Numbered from the stretch's first letter, positions 52,070 through 62,125 are shown. The stretch: 64,000 bases of DNA from an uncultured Desulfovibrionaceae bacterium (GCA_964369995.1 CAYJHH010000001.1:3048-67047); one strand, 5' to 3'. Numbers and translations: made by a program. The notes: generated from the letters alone by a model not told the origin.

Positions 52070-53576
52070 TCCTCTGTAGCCACCAACGCAAAACTTTGGC
52101 CACCAAAGGCGTTAAGGTACTTTTTTTATACAAACCCGCCACACGTTTAATGGCGCTGGCCTGTGTGGGGTATGGGTGAATAACATTGGCTAAAGCGCCA
52201 AGCCCCATGCCGCCCACCATGGCTGTGGTAATTTCGCTGATCATTTCTCCGGCATGGCTAGAAACAATGGTGGCACCAAGAATCTTATCACTGCCTTTTT
52301 TCACCATGATTTTTACAAAACCCCGCGTTTCTTCATCAGCAATGGCGCGATCAATATCTTTCATGGGCATGGTATAAAAATCCACAGCCATATTTTGCTT
52401 TTGGGCATCTTTTTCATACATGCCCACATGCGCAATTTCAGGATCAGTATAGGTGCACCAAGGCATAATCAAAGAACTTAGGCGCTTTCTCCCTTTAAAA
52501 AGGGCATTTTGCACCACAATTTGTGCTGCTGCATCGGCGGCATGGGTAAACTTCCAAGCCATGCAACAATCCCCCGCAGCAAATATATCGGCATTGGAAG
52601 TTCTTAAGTAATCATCAACTTCCACACCTTGAGCACTGTATTGTACTTGTGCAGCCTCAAGCCCCAAGCCTTCCACATTGGCTTTGCGCCCTGCACCAAT
52701 AAGAATTATATCCCCTTCTACTGACAGTTCGCGCCCTTCTTGCTGCACCACCAAGACCTTAGAGCCTGTGGAACTCGTCTCTGCCCGTAAAACCTGTGTA
52801 TGCAAAAGAACATCAATGCCTTCCTCAGCAAAAACATCTGCCAGTAAAGCCGAAGCCTCAGGATCCTCATGCGATAAAAAAGTAGAACGTTGCACTATGG
52901 TTACTTTGGAACCGAGCCGCGCAAAGGCTTGTGCCAATTCACAGCCTATGGGACCGCCGCCAAGCACTATGAGCCTTGCAGGCAATTCCGTGAGGTTAAA
53001 GATATTTTCATTGGTTACAAAACCCACATCTTCAAGACCAGGCACTTCTGGATGTAAAGCTCGCGCGCCGGTACAAATGGCCGCTTTGTGAAAATGTAAG
53101 GTTTTTCCACCCACTTCCACCGTATGAGGGCTTGTAAAAACAGCGTCACCACGAAAAACATCCACGCCTAAGGAAGTATACCTTTCGGCAGAATCATGCA
53201 CGCTAATTTGCGCTCGAATACGCCGCAAACGCTGCATAATGGCAGGAAAATCAGCAGCACTTATGAATTGTGGGCTCAAGCCAAAGTGCGCCGCATGCCG
53301 CATTTCATGGGCTAAACGTGCAGGGCGTATAAGGCTTTTTGACGGCACACAGCCTGTGACCAAACAGTCTCCCCCCATATAACCACGCTCAATGAGGGCC
53401 ACCTTACCCCCCAAGGAAGCCACAATAATGCTTACAATAAGTCCCGCTGTCCCCCCTCCAATGGCCACCATGGCATATTTAGGTGCAGGGTGCGGATTTA
53501 CCCAATCCGCGGGGCTGGTGTGTTGCATAAGGGTTTGATTATGTATATCAAGCGGAAATAACTCTGGAATTGACAT
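52062..53576 (-). CDS. Pyridine nucleotide-disulfide oxidoreductase (mercuric reductase/dihydrolipoamide dehydrogenase-like)
   Basis: GGGTAGLIVS FAD motif, redox-active GGDCLVTGCVPSK, an NAD motif LIVLGGGPIGCE, and a C-terminal dimerisation HPYPT motif. Confidence 0.85.
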   Translation of the reverse strand: MSIPELFPLDIHNQTLMQHTSPADWVNPHPAPKYAMVAIGGGTAGLIVSIIVASLGGKVALIERGYMGGDCLVTGCVPSKSLIRPARLAHEMRHAAHFGLSPQFISAADFPAIMQRLRRIRAQISVHDSAERYTSLGVDVFRGDAVFTSPHTVEVGGKTLHFHKAAICTGARALHPEVPGLEDVGFVTNENIFNLTELPARLIVLGGGPIGCELAQAFARLGSKVTIVQRSTFLSHEDPEASALLADVFAEEGIDVLLHTQVLRAETSSTGSKVLVVQQEGRELSVEGDIILIGAGRKANVEGLGLEAAQVQYSAQGVEVDDYLRTSNADIFAAGDCCMAWKFTHAADAAAQIVVQNALFKGRKRLSSLIMPWCTYTDPEIAHVGMYEKDAQKQNMAVDFYTMPMKDIDRAIADEETRGFVKIMVKKGSDKILGATIVSSHAGEMISEITTAMVGGMGLGALANVIHPYPTQASAIKRVAGLYKKSTLTPLVAKVLRWWLQRNV

Positions 53577-53579
53577 AAC

Positions 53580-54233
53580 TTACTCCTTGATACGTTGTTT
53601 TGCCTTTTTGACAAGCACCGTTAAAATAGCCAAAACACTGAGTACCACCGCCACCAAAACCCAAGGAATCTCCCCTTGGCTTAAGGACGTGGTAATGGCA
53701 TCTGTACCCACCACAAACAAAACAGTTCCGGGAATAATGCAGGTAAAAGTCCACAGCACATAGGTGGAAAAAGGCACTTTAGTTAAGCCAAAGCCGTAAT
53801 TAAGCATATTAAAAGGAAAAAGCGGTACCAAGCGAGTAATGGCCACAATAATGGAGCCATTTTTCTCTGTAATGGCATCTAACTTTTGAAACTTTTCATT
53901 TTTCCCTAGCCAATTTTCCACGCTGGAACGCAGCACATAACGGGAAATCAAAAAACAGAGCGAAGCGCCTAAAGTCGCCCCCACAAGCACCACTGACACA
54001 CCTAACACAGAGCCAAAAAGCACTCCGGCCATAATACTTAAGGCAGAACCCGGTAAGGCCAAAACAGTAAAAACCGTATACACAACAATAAAAATAAGAG
54101 GTGCCCACGAACCTTGTGCCGCAACCCAAGACTTAAAAGTCACCAAGTGTTGCTCAAGCCCAAGATGACGCACAAAAAAGATACCAAGCACTATGGCTAG
54201 CAATAAACACACAGGTTTAAGCCATTGCATCAT
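53580..54233 (-). CDS. TVP38/TMEM64 (DedA-related) membrane protein
   Basis: 217 aa with multiple TM segments. VLALPGSALSIMAGVLFG and the LVPLFPFNMLNYGFG motifs are typical of the SNARE-associated/TVP38 family. Confidence 0.75.
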   Translation of the reverse strand: MMQWLKPVCLLLAIVLGIFFVRHLGLEQHLVTFKSWVAAQGSWAPLIFIVVYTVFTVLALPGSALSIMAGVLFGSVLGVSVVLVGATLGASLCFLISRYVLRSSVENWLGKNEKFQKLDAITEKNGSIIVAITRLVPLFPFNMLNYGFGLTKVPFSTYVLWTFTCIIPGTVLFVVGTDAITTSLSQGEIPWVLVAVVLSVLAILTVLVKKAKQRIKE

Positions 54234-54325
54234 ACAACCTCCTTAGGCAAAAAACGCCTAAAATTAAACGGTAAATCGCTGTACTAAGAAGATGCTCATT
54301 TTCCACTGAAAATGACAAAGAAGCT

Positions 54326-55264
54326 TTAGCGTGCTCCGCCGCAAGATGTACCAGAGACAAAGCAGCTATAACAACGATGATGGCGCAACATGATGCGGTA
54401 ATTCATGGCCTCAAGTAAGGACTCTCCAAGGTCATAAGCGGCATCATCATCCACCAAAGTGCAAGCATAAACAGCCATGCGCCCTTGTTTTTTTACTATC
54501 ATTTTGCTGTAATTACACATGAAGCCTTCTCGCTCCGCCTGTGTTTTATATTGCAACATGCAATGCTCGCTAATATGTGGCACATCAGGTTGAGCACAAG
54601 GGCGTAATAAATTAGGAAAAGACACAAAAGAAACATCTTGCGGTAAGTTATGAGTAGCAAACACTTCAGCATAGGCAGCAAGCGTGCTTTCAGGGTCCAT
54701 TACCATTTCTTGATGATGCGCCACCGTTACTTCAAAGCCTGCATTATATAGGGCAACCATAGCCTGTAAGGCTTTTTCAAAAGTTCCCTGCCCACGATTT
54801 TTATCATGCGCAGCAGCAGAAGGCGCATCTAAACTTATACGAAAAGCAAGAGAATGCTTACTATGACGAAGGGCGGTAAGCTTAGGCAAGGCCTTATGTA
54901 AGGGGGCTGTTCCATTGGTAAGCACCAAACAAGGCGCCACATCCAAAGAAGCATCTAAGATATCAATAATATTTGCATTTACAAAAGGTTCTCCTCCTGT
55001 AAACGCCAGTTTTTGCACCTGCAAGGTTTGCGCTTGCTCTAAGAAAGGATACACATCGCTTAAATTTGGCGCTTCAATACGAGTATCCCCGGGAGCAGAG
55101 CCCTCAAAGCAAAAGGGGCAATGTAAGTTACAATTGGACCCCGTATGAAACCAAAGTTCTGTAAGCTTTTGCGGTTGAATAAAGCCACGATTATCCCCCT
55201 TGGCTGTATAGAGCCAATCAGAACTTTGCAAATGATGCACGGTATTTTTACTAGATATAAGCAT
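54326..55264 (-). CDS. Radical SAM protein with Cys-rich C-terminal tail
   Basis: CNLHCPFCFE (CxxxCxxC) and GGEPF. The C-terminus is HHRCYSCFVSGTSCGGAR. The ATG at 55264 is preferred over the hydrophobic upstream extension to 55333. Confidence 0.8.
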   Translation of the reverse strand: MLISSKNTVHHLQSSDWLYTAKGDNRGFIQPQKLTELWFHTGSNCNLHCPFCFEGSAPGDTRIEAPNLSDVYPFLEQAQTLQVQKLAFTGGEPFVNANIIDILDASLDVAPCLVLTNGTAPLHKALPKLTALRHSKHSLAFRISLDAPSAAAHDKNRGQGTFEKALQAMVALYNAGFEVTVAHHQEMVMDPESTLAAYAEVFATHNLPQDVSFVSFPNLLRPCAQPDVPHISEHCMLQYKTQAEREGFMCNYSKMIVKKQGRMAVYACTLVDDDAAYDLGESLLEAMNYRIMLRHHRCYSCFVSGTSCGGAR

Positions 55265-55503
55265 GAAAGCACTTCCTGTAACTTGTTTATTTAAAAATAA
55301 AAAAACACATAACACAAAGGCACAGAGAGGCAAGAGAAAAGCAAAAAGAAGGTAAGGCGTAGGGAGGCAAAGTAAGGCAAGATAAAGTTAACTGAAAAGA
55401 AACAAAAAGTATAGTAAAAAGATAGGTATTCACCCCTTTTTATTGCTATTGGTTACTATACACAAAAGCATAAAAAAAGCAATGAAAAAACTGTCATTAC
55501 ACG

Positions 55504-55791
55504 TTATAATAATTGAGGATTAACAACATCTACAATGGCCATGGCCACAAGCCATACAGAAAAAAGACACATTAACCCACCCCACAAACATAATAAGCGC
55601 CACTTTTTCAAAAAAGAATACCAAGCCCCCCAAGAACTTACAGTACTTGCAATAATACTTACAATGAGCAAATTATCGGTTTGGCGTAAGGTAATAAGTA
55701 TTTGTACACTCCAAAAATACAGGCAGGAAATAAGTAAAATAGCACATAAGAGCCACACATGCTTAGAAGTAAAATTATTTTTTTTTGACAT
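55504..55791 (-). CDS. Small integral membrane protein (95 aa, about 3 TM)
   Basis: Hydrophobic segments VWLLCAILLISCLYFW, LLIVSIIASTVSSWGAWY and LMCLFSVWLVAMAIV. No family recognised. Confidence 0.4.
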   Translation of the reverse strand: MSKKNNFTSKHVWLLCAILLISCLYFWSVQILITLRQTDNLLIVSIIASTVSSWGAWYSFLKKWRLLCLWGGLMCLFSVWLVAMAIVDVVNPQLL

Positions 55792-55974
55792 ATGCCCCTC
55801 TGCTTTTTACCATAACATAAGTACCCTGCCCTTTTGATAGGGTACATTTTTCATACCTTTCGCAACTTAGCCCCGTCAAGCTCTAGGCAAAGACAATATA
55901 ACATGTTATGGTAATACGTAAGAATTATTTGGATTTTCATATGGTGTAAATGAGTAAGAAATGGGGGAGATTGT

Positions 55975-56319
55975 ATGGAAATACACATAGAAGAATTAGG
56001 CAACCTGCATATCATCCACCTTGCCGGGCGTTGGGACGCCTACTCCACGGCTCAATTTGAAACACAGTGCACTCAGTATATTGAACATGGCATGCGCCGC
56101 ATTATTTTACACTTGGCACAAGTGGATTATGTGAGCTCTCTTGGACTGCGCGGCTTGCTTAATATAGGAAAAAGTCTTGATCCTTTGGGCGGTGTATTAG
56201 TTATTTGTCACTTACAGCCTCATTTGGAAAAACTCTTTATAGGCAGTGGTTTTTCGCGACTTTTCGCCATTTATCCTGACCTTAAAAGTGCACAAAAGGC
56301 CCTACAAAAAACATTATGA
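55975..56319 (+). CDS. STAS-domain anti-sigma-factor antagonist (SpoIIAA/RsbV-like)
   Basis: 114 aa. LAGRWDAYSTAQFE ... VDYVSSLGLRGLL contains the conserved phosphorylatable Ser context (D.isSsGl..L). Confidence 0.8.
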   Translation: MEIHIEELGNLHIIHLAGRWDAYSTAQFETQCTQYIEHGMRRIILHLAQVDYVSSLGLRGLLNIGKSLDPLGGVLVICHLQPHLEKLFIGSGFSRLFAIYPDLKSAQKALQKTL

Positions 56320-58205
56320 TTGCGGCACGTATTCCTTGGCAATATCGCATTGCTGCCCGGCAAACCGTTCCTATTTTAACCGGTATTGTGGGATGTTTTG
56401 CGCTCTTGGTAACTTTGGGATATTTTTATGCGCGCGAAGAAATTCTCTCCATTACCAATGCTCAAGTAAAACAATTTGTCAGTAGCATCATGCGCCAAGA
56501 TGATTATACACGCCAATGGATTATGCGCGCCATGCCCACACTCACCCTTGCTGTGGAGCGACACCTCACCCAAGGGACTATACAGCAAGATTTGATGGAT
56601 TCTGAAATAACTTCTGCCATTTCTGATGCAAGGGGCAAACAATTTATTGAGATATTATACCTTAAAGATAATAAGCTTCACTCTCGTTATTATTGCCAAA
56701 AAGGTGTTCTCCCTGCGCAAGTGGTAGATAATATTTTTGCTGCGCCCCCAGCTGTGGAGCATATACCGCTTATTAAAGAAGCCTATTGGAGTGATGCTTA
56801 TGTAGATAGAGAGCGCACTTTACACATTAGCTATACACAGCCTTTAAAAGACAATAAAAATAATACTTTTGGAATTTTAACCACAAGTTTAGCCATACCA
56901 TGGTTTACTGAGCGCATCCGCTCTCTGGCCTTTTTTAAACAGTGCATTCCTTTTTATCTCACCCCGCAAGGAGATTGGACGCTCAGCCCCAAAACAGACA
57001 CCGATTTGGAGCCCTTAAAAAACATAATGCGCAGCAGTAAAACGGGCATCACCACCATTACCTGGCAAAACAAGCGCTATGTGGTACTTTTTATGCCAAG
57101 CGGAGAAAGTGAGCTCCTTATAGGTGTGCTCATACCACGTGAGGATCTTTTTGGCACCTTAGACACTACAGCACAAGTTCTTGTACTTATTGCTTTTGTT
57201 GTACTATTACTAGCCACATGCGCCTTACACAAAACCAATGAAAACTTTCGTATTCCATTGCATCAGCTTTTACGCATGGCTGATAAATTGGCCAAGGGAA
57301 AATTTGATGCCTCAGAGCAAACAAAGCTTCCATCATCATTTGTAACCACCAGCCAAGAAACCAAACAACTCTACACAGCCACGCAAAAATTGCGTCTTGC
57401 TTTGCGCCAACGCATGCATGACCTTACCATTATGACGCAAACAAAAGAACGCCTTGATGGCGAGCTCCGTTTTGCCCGCGGCATTCAAAACTCTTTGCGC
57501 CCACGCACTCTTCCCTCCTGTGAAGAAATAGAAATAGCTGCTTTTGTGCATGAAGCTAGAGAAGTGTGCGGCGATATGTATGATTGTTTTTCTCTCTCAG
57601 AGCACGAGGTTTGCTGTGTCATTGGTAATGTGGCTGAACATGGCGTTCCTGCGGCTCTTTTAACTAATCGAATCATGCCCTTACTACACGAACTTATACT
57701 TTTAGGATTTACCCCAAGCCAAGCCTTAGAGCATGTAAATAAGGTATTTGACTCCGATGAAAACACCAAAGCACTCTTGGTAAGTGCCTTTGTAGGCATA
57801 CTTCATGTGTCCACAGGGCTTTTGACATGGGCCAGTGCGGGGCAATTTCCCCCCTATATTTTACAAAATACTGCCTCTGAAAAAAAACATTGGCAATTAC
57901 CTTGGTCCGGTAATATGCCCCTTGGTGCCAAAGAAAATGAACATTATGGCGAACATCAAGTACAACTTGAAGCTGGGCAAAGTATTCTTTTTTTACCACA
58001 GCGCATACTTTTTTTGCCTGATCCCCAAAAAAAAGTCTATGGAGAAAAATGCTTGGATGTTTTTTTACAACAAGATCATGGTAATATACAAGACTTGTTG
58101 CACGCTTTTGTGGAAGATATCCGTGTGCATATGCAAAGGGTTTTACGTGATGATATGGTACTGTTTGCCATACAATGGAAAGGAAATACCTCTCATAAAC
58201 TTTGA
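56316..58205 (+). CDS. Membrane sensor PP2C (SpoIIE/RsbU-type) phosphatase
   Basis: N-terminal TM, a periplasmic sensor-like domain, a second TM and a HAMP-like helix. The PP2C motifs are CGDMYDCF and GNVAEHGVPAALL. The start overlaps the STAS stop (4 nt). Confidence 0.8.
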   Translation: MIAARIPWQYRIAARQTVPILTGIVGCFALLVTLGYFYAREEILSITNAQVKQFVSSIMRQDDYTRQWIMRAMPTLTLAVERHLTQGTIQQDLMDSEITSAISDARGKQFIEILYLKDNKLHSRYYCQKGVLPAQVVDNIFAAPPAVEHIPLIKEAYWSDAYVDRERTLHISYTQPLKDNKNNTFGILTTSLAIPWFTERIRSLAFFKQCIPFYLTPQGDWTLSPKTDTDLEPLKNIMRSSKTGITTITWQNKRYVVLFMPSGESELLIGVLIPREDLFGTLDTTAQVLVLIAFVVLLLATCALHKTNENFRIPLHQLLRMADKLAKGKFDASEQTKLPSSFVTTSQETKQLYTATQKLRLALRQRMHDLTIMTQTKERLDGELRFARGIQNSLRPRTLPSCEEIEIAAFVHEAREVCGDMYDCFSLSEHEVCCVIGNVAEHGVPAALLTNRIMPLLHELILLGFTPSQALEHVNKVFDSDENTKALLVSAFVGILHVSTGLLTWASAGQFPPYILQNTASEKKHWQLPWSGNMPLGAKENEHYGEHQVQLEAGQSILFLPQRILFLPDPQKKVYGEKCLDVFLQQDHGNIQDLLHAFVEDIRVHMQRVLRDDMVLFAIQWKGNTSHKL

Positions 58206-58229
58206 CAACAGGGAAAAATTTTATAAGGG

Positions 58230-59504
58230 TTATTTTTTTAGGCGCTCTAATTTTATACGTAAGCCTTCGCGGCTCATACCCAAAGCTTTGGCCGCGCGTG
58301 ATTTATTACCTTCAAAGTGATGCAGCACATGATGAATATATTGCGTTTCCACTTGCCGTAAGGACGGAATACCTTGTGCAAAAACAGGCTGTGTGTCCGC
58401 AAGCATGGGGCTTAATCTCACATCAGAAGAATGAGGCAATGCCACAAACTTACCCACATTGGGCGACAAATCGTCAGGTTCTATGCATGAACCAGTGGCA
58501 AGTAAACAGGCCCGCTCTAATTCATTTTCTAGCTCGCGCACATTACCCGCCCAGTGATGCTGCTGCAATAAAGCTATGGCCTTAGGAGAAATTTTAGTAA
58601 TCCCGTGGGCATGGCGCTGAGCAAAACGACTAAGCATATGTTTTACGAATAAGGGAATATCTTCGCGACGATCGCGCAAAGGAGGAATATGTATCTTCAT
58701 GACATTCAATCTGTAATACAGATCTTCTCTAAAGGTACGTTCCCTCACACATTGCTCAAGATCCTTCAATGTGGCCGCCATAATGCGCACATCCACTTGC
58801 AATGGCTTTCGCGCACCAATGCGCTCCACTTCGCCACTTTCCACCACATGCAACAGTTTTGCTTGGCTTTCCAAAGGCATATCACCAATTTCATCCAAGA
58901 AAATAGTTCCCCCAGAGGCTTGCTCAAAGCGTCCCATGCGAGCGCGCACGCCAGAAGCCACGCCCATTTCAATGCCAAAAAGCTCACTTTCCAGCAACGT
59001 TGCTGGAATAGCCGCGCAGTTAATACTCACAAAAGTTTTATGAGCTCGAGAGCTCAAAGCATGAATATGACGCGCAAAAAGGCTTTTTCCTGTACCGGTT
59101 TCGCCATTAAAAAGCAAAGTACAATCCACCTCAGCAGCGCGCTGTATTTGTTTCATAACCGCCTGCATGCAGGGGGATTCTGTCAATTGCATCAAGCCGC
59201 CCCCCTTGGAAGTGCTACGGCGCAGCTCCACGCGCAATTGACTATTTTCGGCCAAAAGTTGTTTTTGATGTTGCAACAGTTCCGCTCGTGCACCCTCAAG
59301 CTCCACCAACAAACGGCTCAGTTCAAACTCACGCGCTTCAGTGCGCACCAGCATCATGGCAAAGGCTTCCACCAAAACATTAATGGGATCATGCGCATCT
59401 TCACAAGGCAACAAATCAAAAATAGCCTTGGCCTCTTCATAATCGCCTTGCGCCATTTGAGCACATATTTGCGTCAGTTTATGATACAAGTTTTTGGCAT
59501 TCAT
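58230..59504 (-). CDS. Sigma-54-dependent transcriptional activator (EBP) lacking a receiver domain
   Basis: AAA+ motifs GETGTGKSLFARHIH, ESELFG and GTIFLDEIG, plus a C-terminal Fis-type HTH SRAAKALGMSREGLRIKLERL. The N-terminal roughly 100 aa are a coiled coil only. Confidence 0.85.
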   Translation of the reverse strand: MNAKNLYHKLTQICAQMAQGDYEEAKAIFDLLPCEDAHDPINVLVEAFAMMLVRTEAREFELSRLLVELEGARAELLQHQKQLLAENSQLRVELRRSTSKGGGLMQLTESPCMQAVMKQIQRAAEVDCTLLFNGETGTGKSLFARHIHALSSRAHKTFVSINCAAIPATLLESELFGIEMGVASGVRARMGRFEQASGGTIFLDEIGDMPLESQAKLLHVVESGEVERIGARKPLQVDVRIMAATLKDLEQCVRERTFREDLYYRLNVMKIHIPPLRDRREDIPLFVKHMLSRFAQRHAHGITKISPKAIALLQQHHWAGNVRELENELERACLLATGSCIEPDDLSPNVGKFVALPHSSDVRLSPMLADTQPVFAQGIPSLRQVETQYIHHVLHHFEGNKSRAAKALGMSREGLRIKLERLKK

Positions 59505-59635
59505 ATTGCCTCCCCAATGTTAGCCTTAGATTTTACCTATGCCAAAAAAATGGGCAGGTCAAGAAGAGCCACTTTTTTTATGCCATGCCAAGCGCCGCCC
59601 TTATATTTTACAAGCCATAAGCAAGAAGTACGCCC

Positions 59636-62125
59636 ATGTCGCAATCCATAACACATAATCCTAAGTTAGAACTGACTTTTTTGGCAGAACTTGACACGGT
59701 GGAAGGCATTCTCGCTCTTGTGCAAGAATGGGCGCATCATAGGGACGTTAGTTATGATGACAGGCTTTCTTTGCGTTTAGTCTTAGAAGAGCTTCTCAGT
59801 AATATCTGTTTGCATAGCTCACCCATTATGGGGCAAACCAAGGTCATTTTAAGCCTACATCCCATAAAAAAAACTAAAAATATACAAGTGCTTATTTGTG
59901 ACAACGGCACAGCTTTTAATCCTTTAGAGCAATACACACAGCCCGTACAAGATTTACAAAACGCGCCTTTAGGCCAGCAAGGGCTTTCTTTTGTGCGCCT
60001 TTTAACCCATGGCGCGCAGTATACGCGTAATGAAGGAAATGAATTAAGCTTTATTTTTTCTTTAGATGAAGAAAGTTCTTCGCAAATACCATCACACATT
60101 GCCCATGACACCATTCCCAAAACCGCTTGGGAAAAAAGCTCATGGATGAATCGCCTATCTACCCTATGGAATGAAAAATTAGCCTTTCGTCAAACTATCC
60201 TTTTTACTTTTTATTCCATAGTACTTATTTGGGGTGGCATTGCCATATTCTATTATGATACCCAGCGTACCATCAAAGAAAATGCCACACAATTGGCCAT
60301 GCAAACTTTGCATACCCAATCTGTCATTAGTTCCTCATTTCTCAAAAGACTTCAAGATAATGTGGATCGTATGGTACTTTCCTTACAAGAGGAGCCTGTG
60401 GAAAGCCTTTTTGCTCATGATTTAAAAAAGCTTACCCACCTTATTGAAAATGACCCCATTACTGCCAGCATCATCGCAGAAATTCCCGTCATAGGTTTAG
60501 TGGCAGGTTGTGAAAATACCACATGGTTTTATCCTATTATTCAAGGAACCATGAGTAAAAGAAGTTATATTCAAAATCTCAACTCTTATGTAAGTCATAA
60601 GGGTGAAGAGATTTTATGGAAAACGCTGCCCATGACCTTTGAAAAGGGCGATCCTCACGCTGCCATGATTTATGCTGTACCTTTATCCAATAAAGGAGCT
60701 CAGGCAGGTTTTGTGGGGGTTATCATCACCATGCCTTGGATAGCCAACACCTTAAATAAGCTTTCAGGTTTACAAAATATCAATACATTTTATTTAGATC
60801 ATACAGGACAATATGTTATCTTTCCTCATGGTCGAAAATTAAACAAAGGGGCACAAAACCTTCGCGATGAAGCTAAAATATACAATATACCTCAGCTTGC
60901 ACTCATAGAAAAAGATATTCTTGCCGGAAAAAAAGGTATGCATATTCTTGAGCACAAAATTTCATCCTCGAAAATTCCCTGGGAATTACCTTGGGAAACG
61001 CCCACTATTTTAGCCTATTTTCCCATGCAAACCACAGGATGGTTTTTAGGATTTTTGGCAGATAGCCATGAATTAGGCACACCTTCTTCAAGCTTTCCTT
61101 TAAGTTTTTTATTGGTAGCCATCTGGGGTCCCCTCTCCATTGCTTGCATAACGTGGACGGTAACATCACTTACCTTAAAACCCTTACGCTCTCTCTTAGC
61201 CGCCATGGAAAAATTGCGCCGTGGAGACACTGAAACCCCTTTTCCCACCGCGCCTTTTCCCGACGAACTCCATCTTATGCTCCAAACCTTTGAAAGTATA
61301 CGCGTCACACTACGCACATCTTTTCGTAATCTTGTGGAAAATACCGCAAAACAACAACGCCTTACCGATGAACTCATCATGGCAAGGAAAACACAGCAGT
61401 CCATGCTCCCCAAATCCTTACCCCAAGTTCCCGGTACGGAAGTGGCAGCATGTCTTGATATGGCACAAGAGGTGTGCGGCGATCTCTATACAAGTTTTCA
61501 AAATCCACATAATCCTACACAAATTTATTTTGTCATAGGCGATGTGTGCAATAAAGGCATTCCTGCGGCGCTGATTATGAGTAGAGCTGTTTCTTTGGCA
61601 CGTTCTTTCCTAATGTTGCCTCACTCCTCCCCAGCAAAAACCTTAGAAAGCCTTAACACTGCCTTACTCCACCATGATACATCGGCCATGTTTGTAAGTA
61701 TGTTAGTGGCCAGTTTAGATACACAAAGCGGTATTTTTCAATGGGCTAGCGCAGGGCATCCCCCACCTATAATAAGTGATATGCACGCACATGAAGGTAT
61801 CTCGCTGCCTTGGAGTAAGGAGCTTGTGCTTAATGTTTGCGCAGGACAAAAGTATACCACATTTACTGAACAGTTAAGCCCACAACAAAGTATTTTGCTA
61901 TACACCGATGGCGCAGACGAGGCCATAAGTCCACCCAACCGCGTACAAGGCCAACTGTATGGAGAAAAAAGATTACGCGAATCCTTTCATGACGCATGTC
62001 AGCAAATGCCCCACGCGCAAGATATTCTCAACAAAGTTCATGCGGATATTTTGCGACATACAGGTGATATGACACCGGGTGACGATATATCTCTTATGGT
62101 CATTCACTGGAAGGGAGCCACATAA
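59636..62125 (+). CDS. Fusion protein: RsbW/SpoIIAB-like HATPase kinase domain + TM/sensor domain + HAMP + PP2C phosphatase
   Basis: The N-terminus has LRLVLEELLSNICLHS (N-box) and ICDNGTAFNPLE (G1 box). Two TM segments flank a roughly 270-aa extracytoplasmic domain. The C-terminal PP2C motifs are CGDLYTSF and GDVCNKGIPAALIMS. Confidence 0.75.
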   Translation: MSQSITHNPKLELTFLAELDTVEGILALVQEWAHHRDVSYDDRLSLRLVLEELLSNICLHSSPIMGQTKVILSLHPIKKTKNIQVLICDNGTAFNPLEQYTQPVQDLQNAPLGQQGLSFVRLLTHGAQYTRNEGNELSFIFSLDEESSSQIPSHIAHDTIPKTAWEKSSWMNRLSTLWNEKLAFRQTILFTFYSIVLIWGGIAIFYYDTQRTIKENATQLAMQTLHTQSVISSSFLKRLQDNVDRMVLSLQEEPVESLFAHDLKKLTHLIENDPITASIIAEIPVIGLVAGCENTTWFYPIIQGTMSKRSYIQNLNSYVSHKGEEILWKTLPMTFEKGDPHAAMIYAVPLSNKGAQAGFVGVIITMPWIANTLNKLSGLQNINTFYLDHTGQYVIFPHGRKLNKGAQNLRDEAKIYNIPQLALIEKDILAGKKGMHILEHKISSSKIPWELPWETPTILAYFPMQTTGWFLGFLADSHELGTPSSSFPLSFLLVAIWGPLSIACITWTVTSLTLKPLRSLLAAMEKLRRGDTETPFPTAPFPDELHLMLQTFESIRVTLRTSFRNLVENTAKQQRLTDELIMARKTQQSMLPKSLPQVPGTEVAACLDMAQEVCGDLYTSFQNPHNPTQIYFVIGDVCNKGIPAALIMSRAVSLARSFLMLPHSSPAKTLESLNTALLHHDTSAMFVSMLVASLDTQSGIFQWASAGHPPPIISDMHAHEGISLPWSKELVLNVCAGQKYTTFTEQLSPQQSILLYTDGADEAISPPNRVQGQLYGEKRLRESFHDACQQMPHAQDILNKVHADILRHTGDMTPGDDISLMVIHWKGAT

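Noticed and set aside
54326-54400. Possible selenocysteine (in-frame TGA) in the Cys-rich tail of the radical SAM protein
   Set aside because: I translated the 3' end by hand: ...cgt tgt tat agc tgc ttt gtc tct ggt aca tct tgc ggc gga gca cgc taa. All positions are Cys codons and there is no in-frame TGA.
58689-59651. 320-aa + strand ORF in the track
   Set aside because: It lies entirely antisense to the sigma-54 activator gene, which has unambiguous AAA+ and Fis-HTH motifs. The translation is low-complexity (His/Gln/Phe-rich) with no motif or SD, so it is a shadow ORF.
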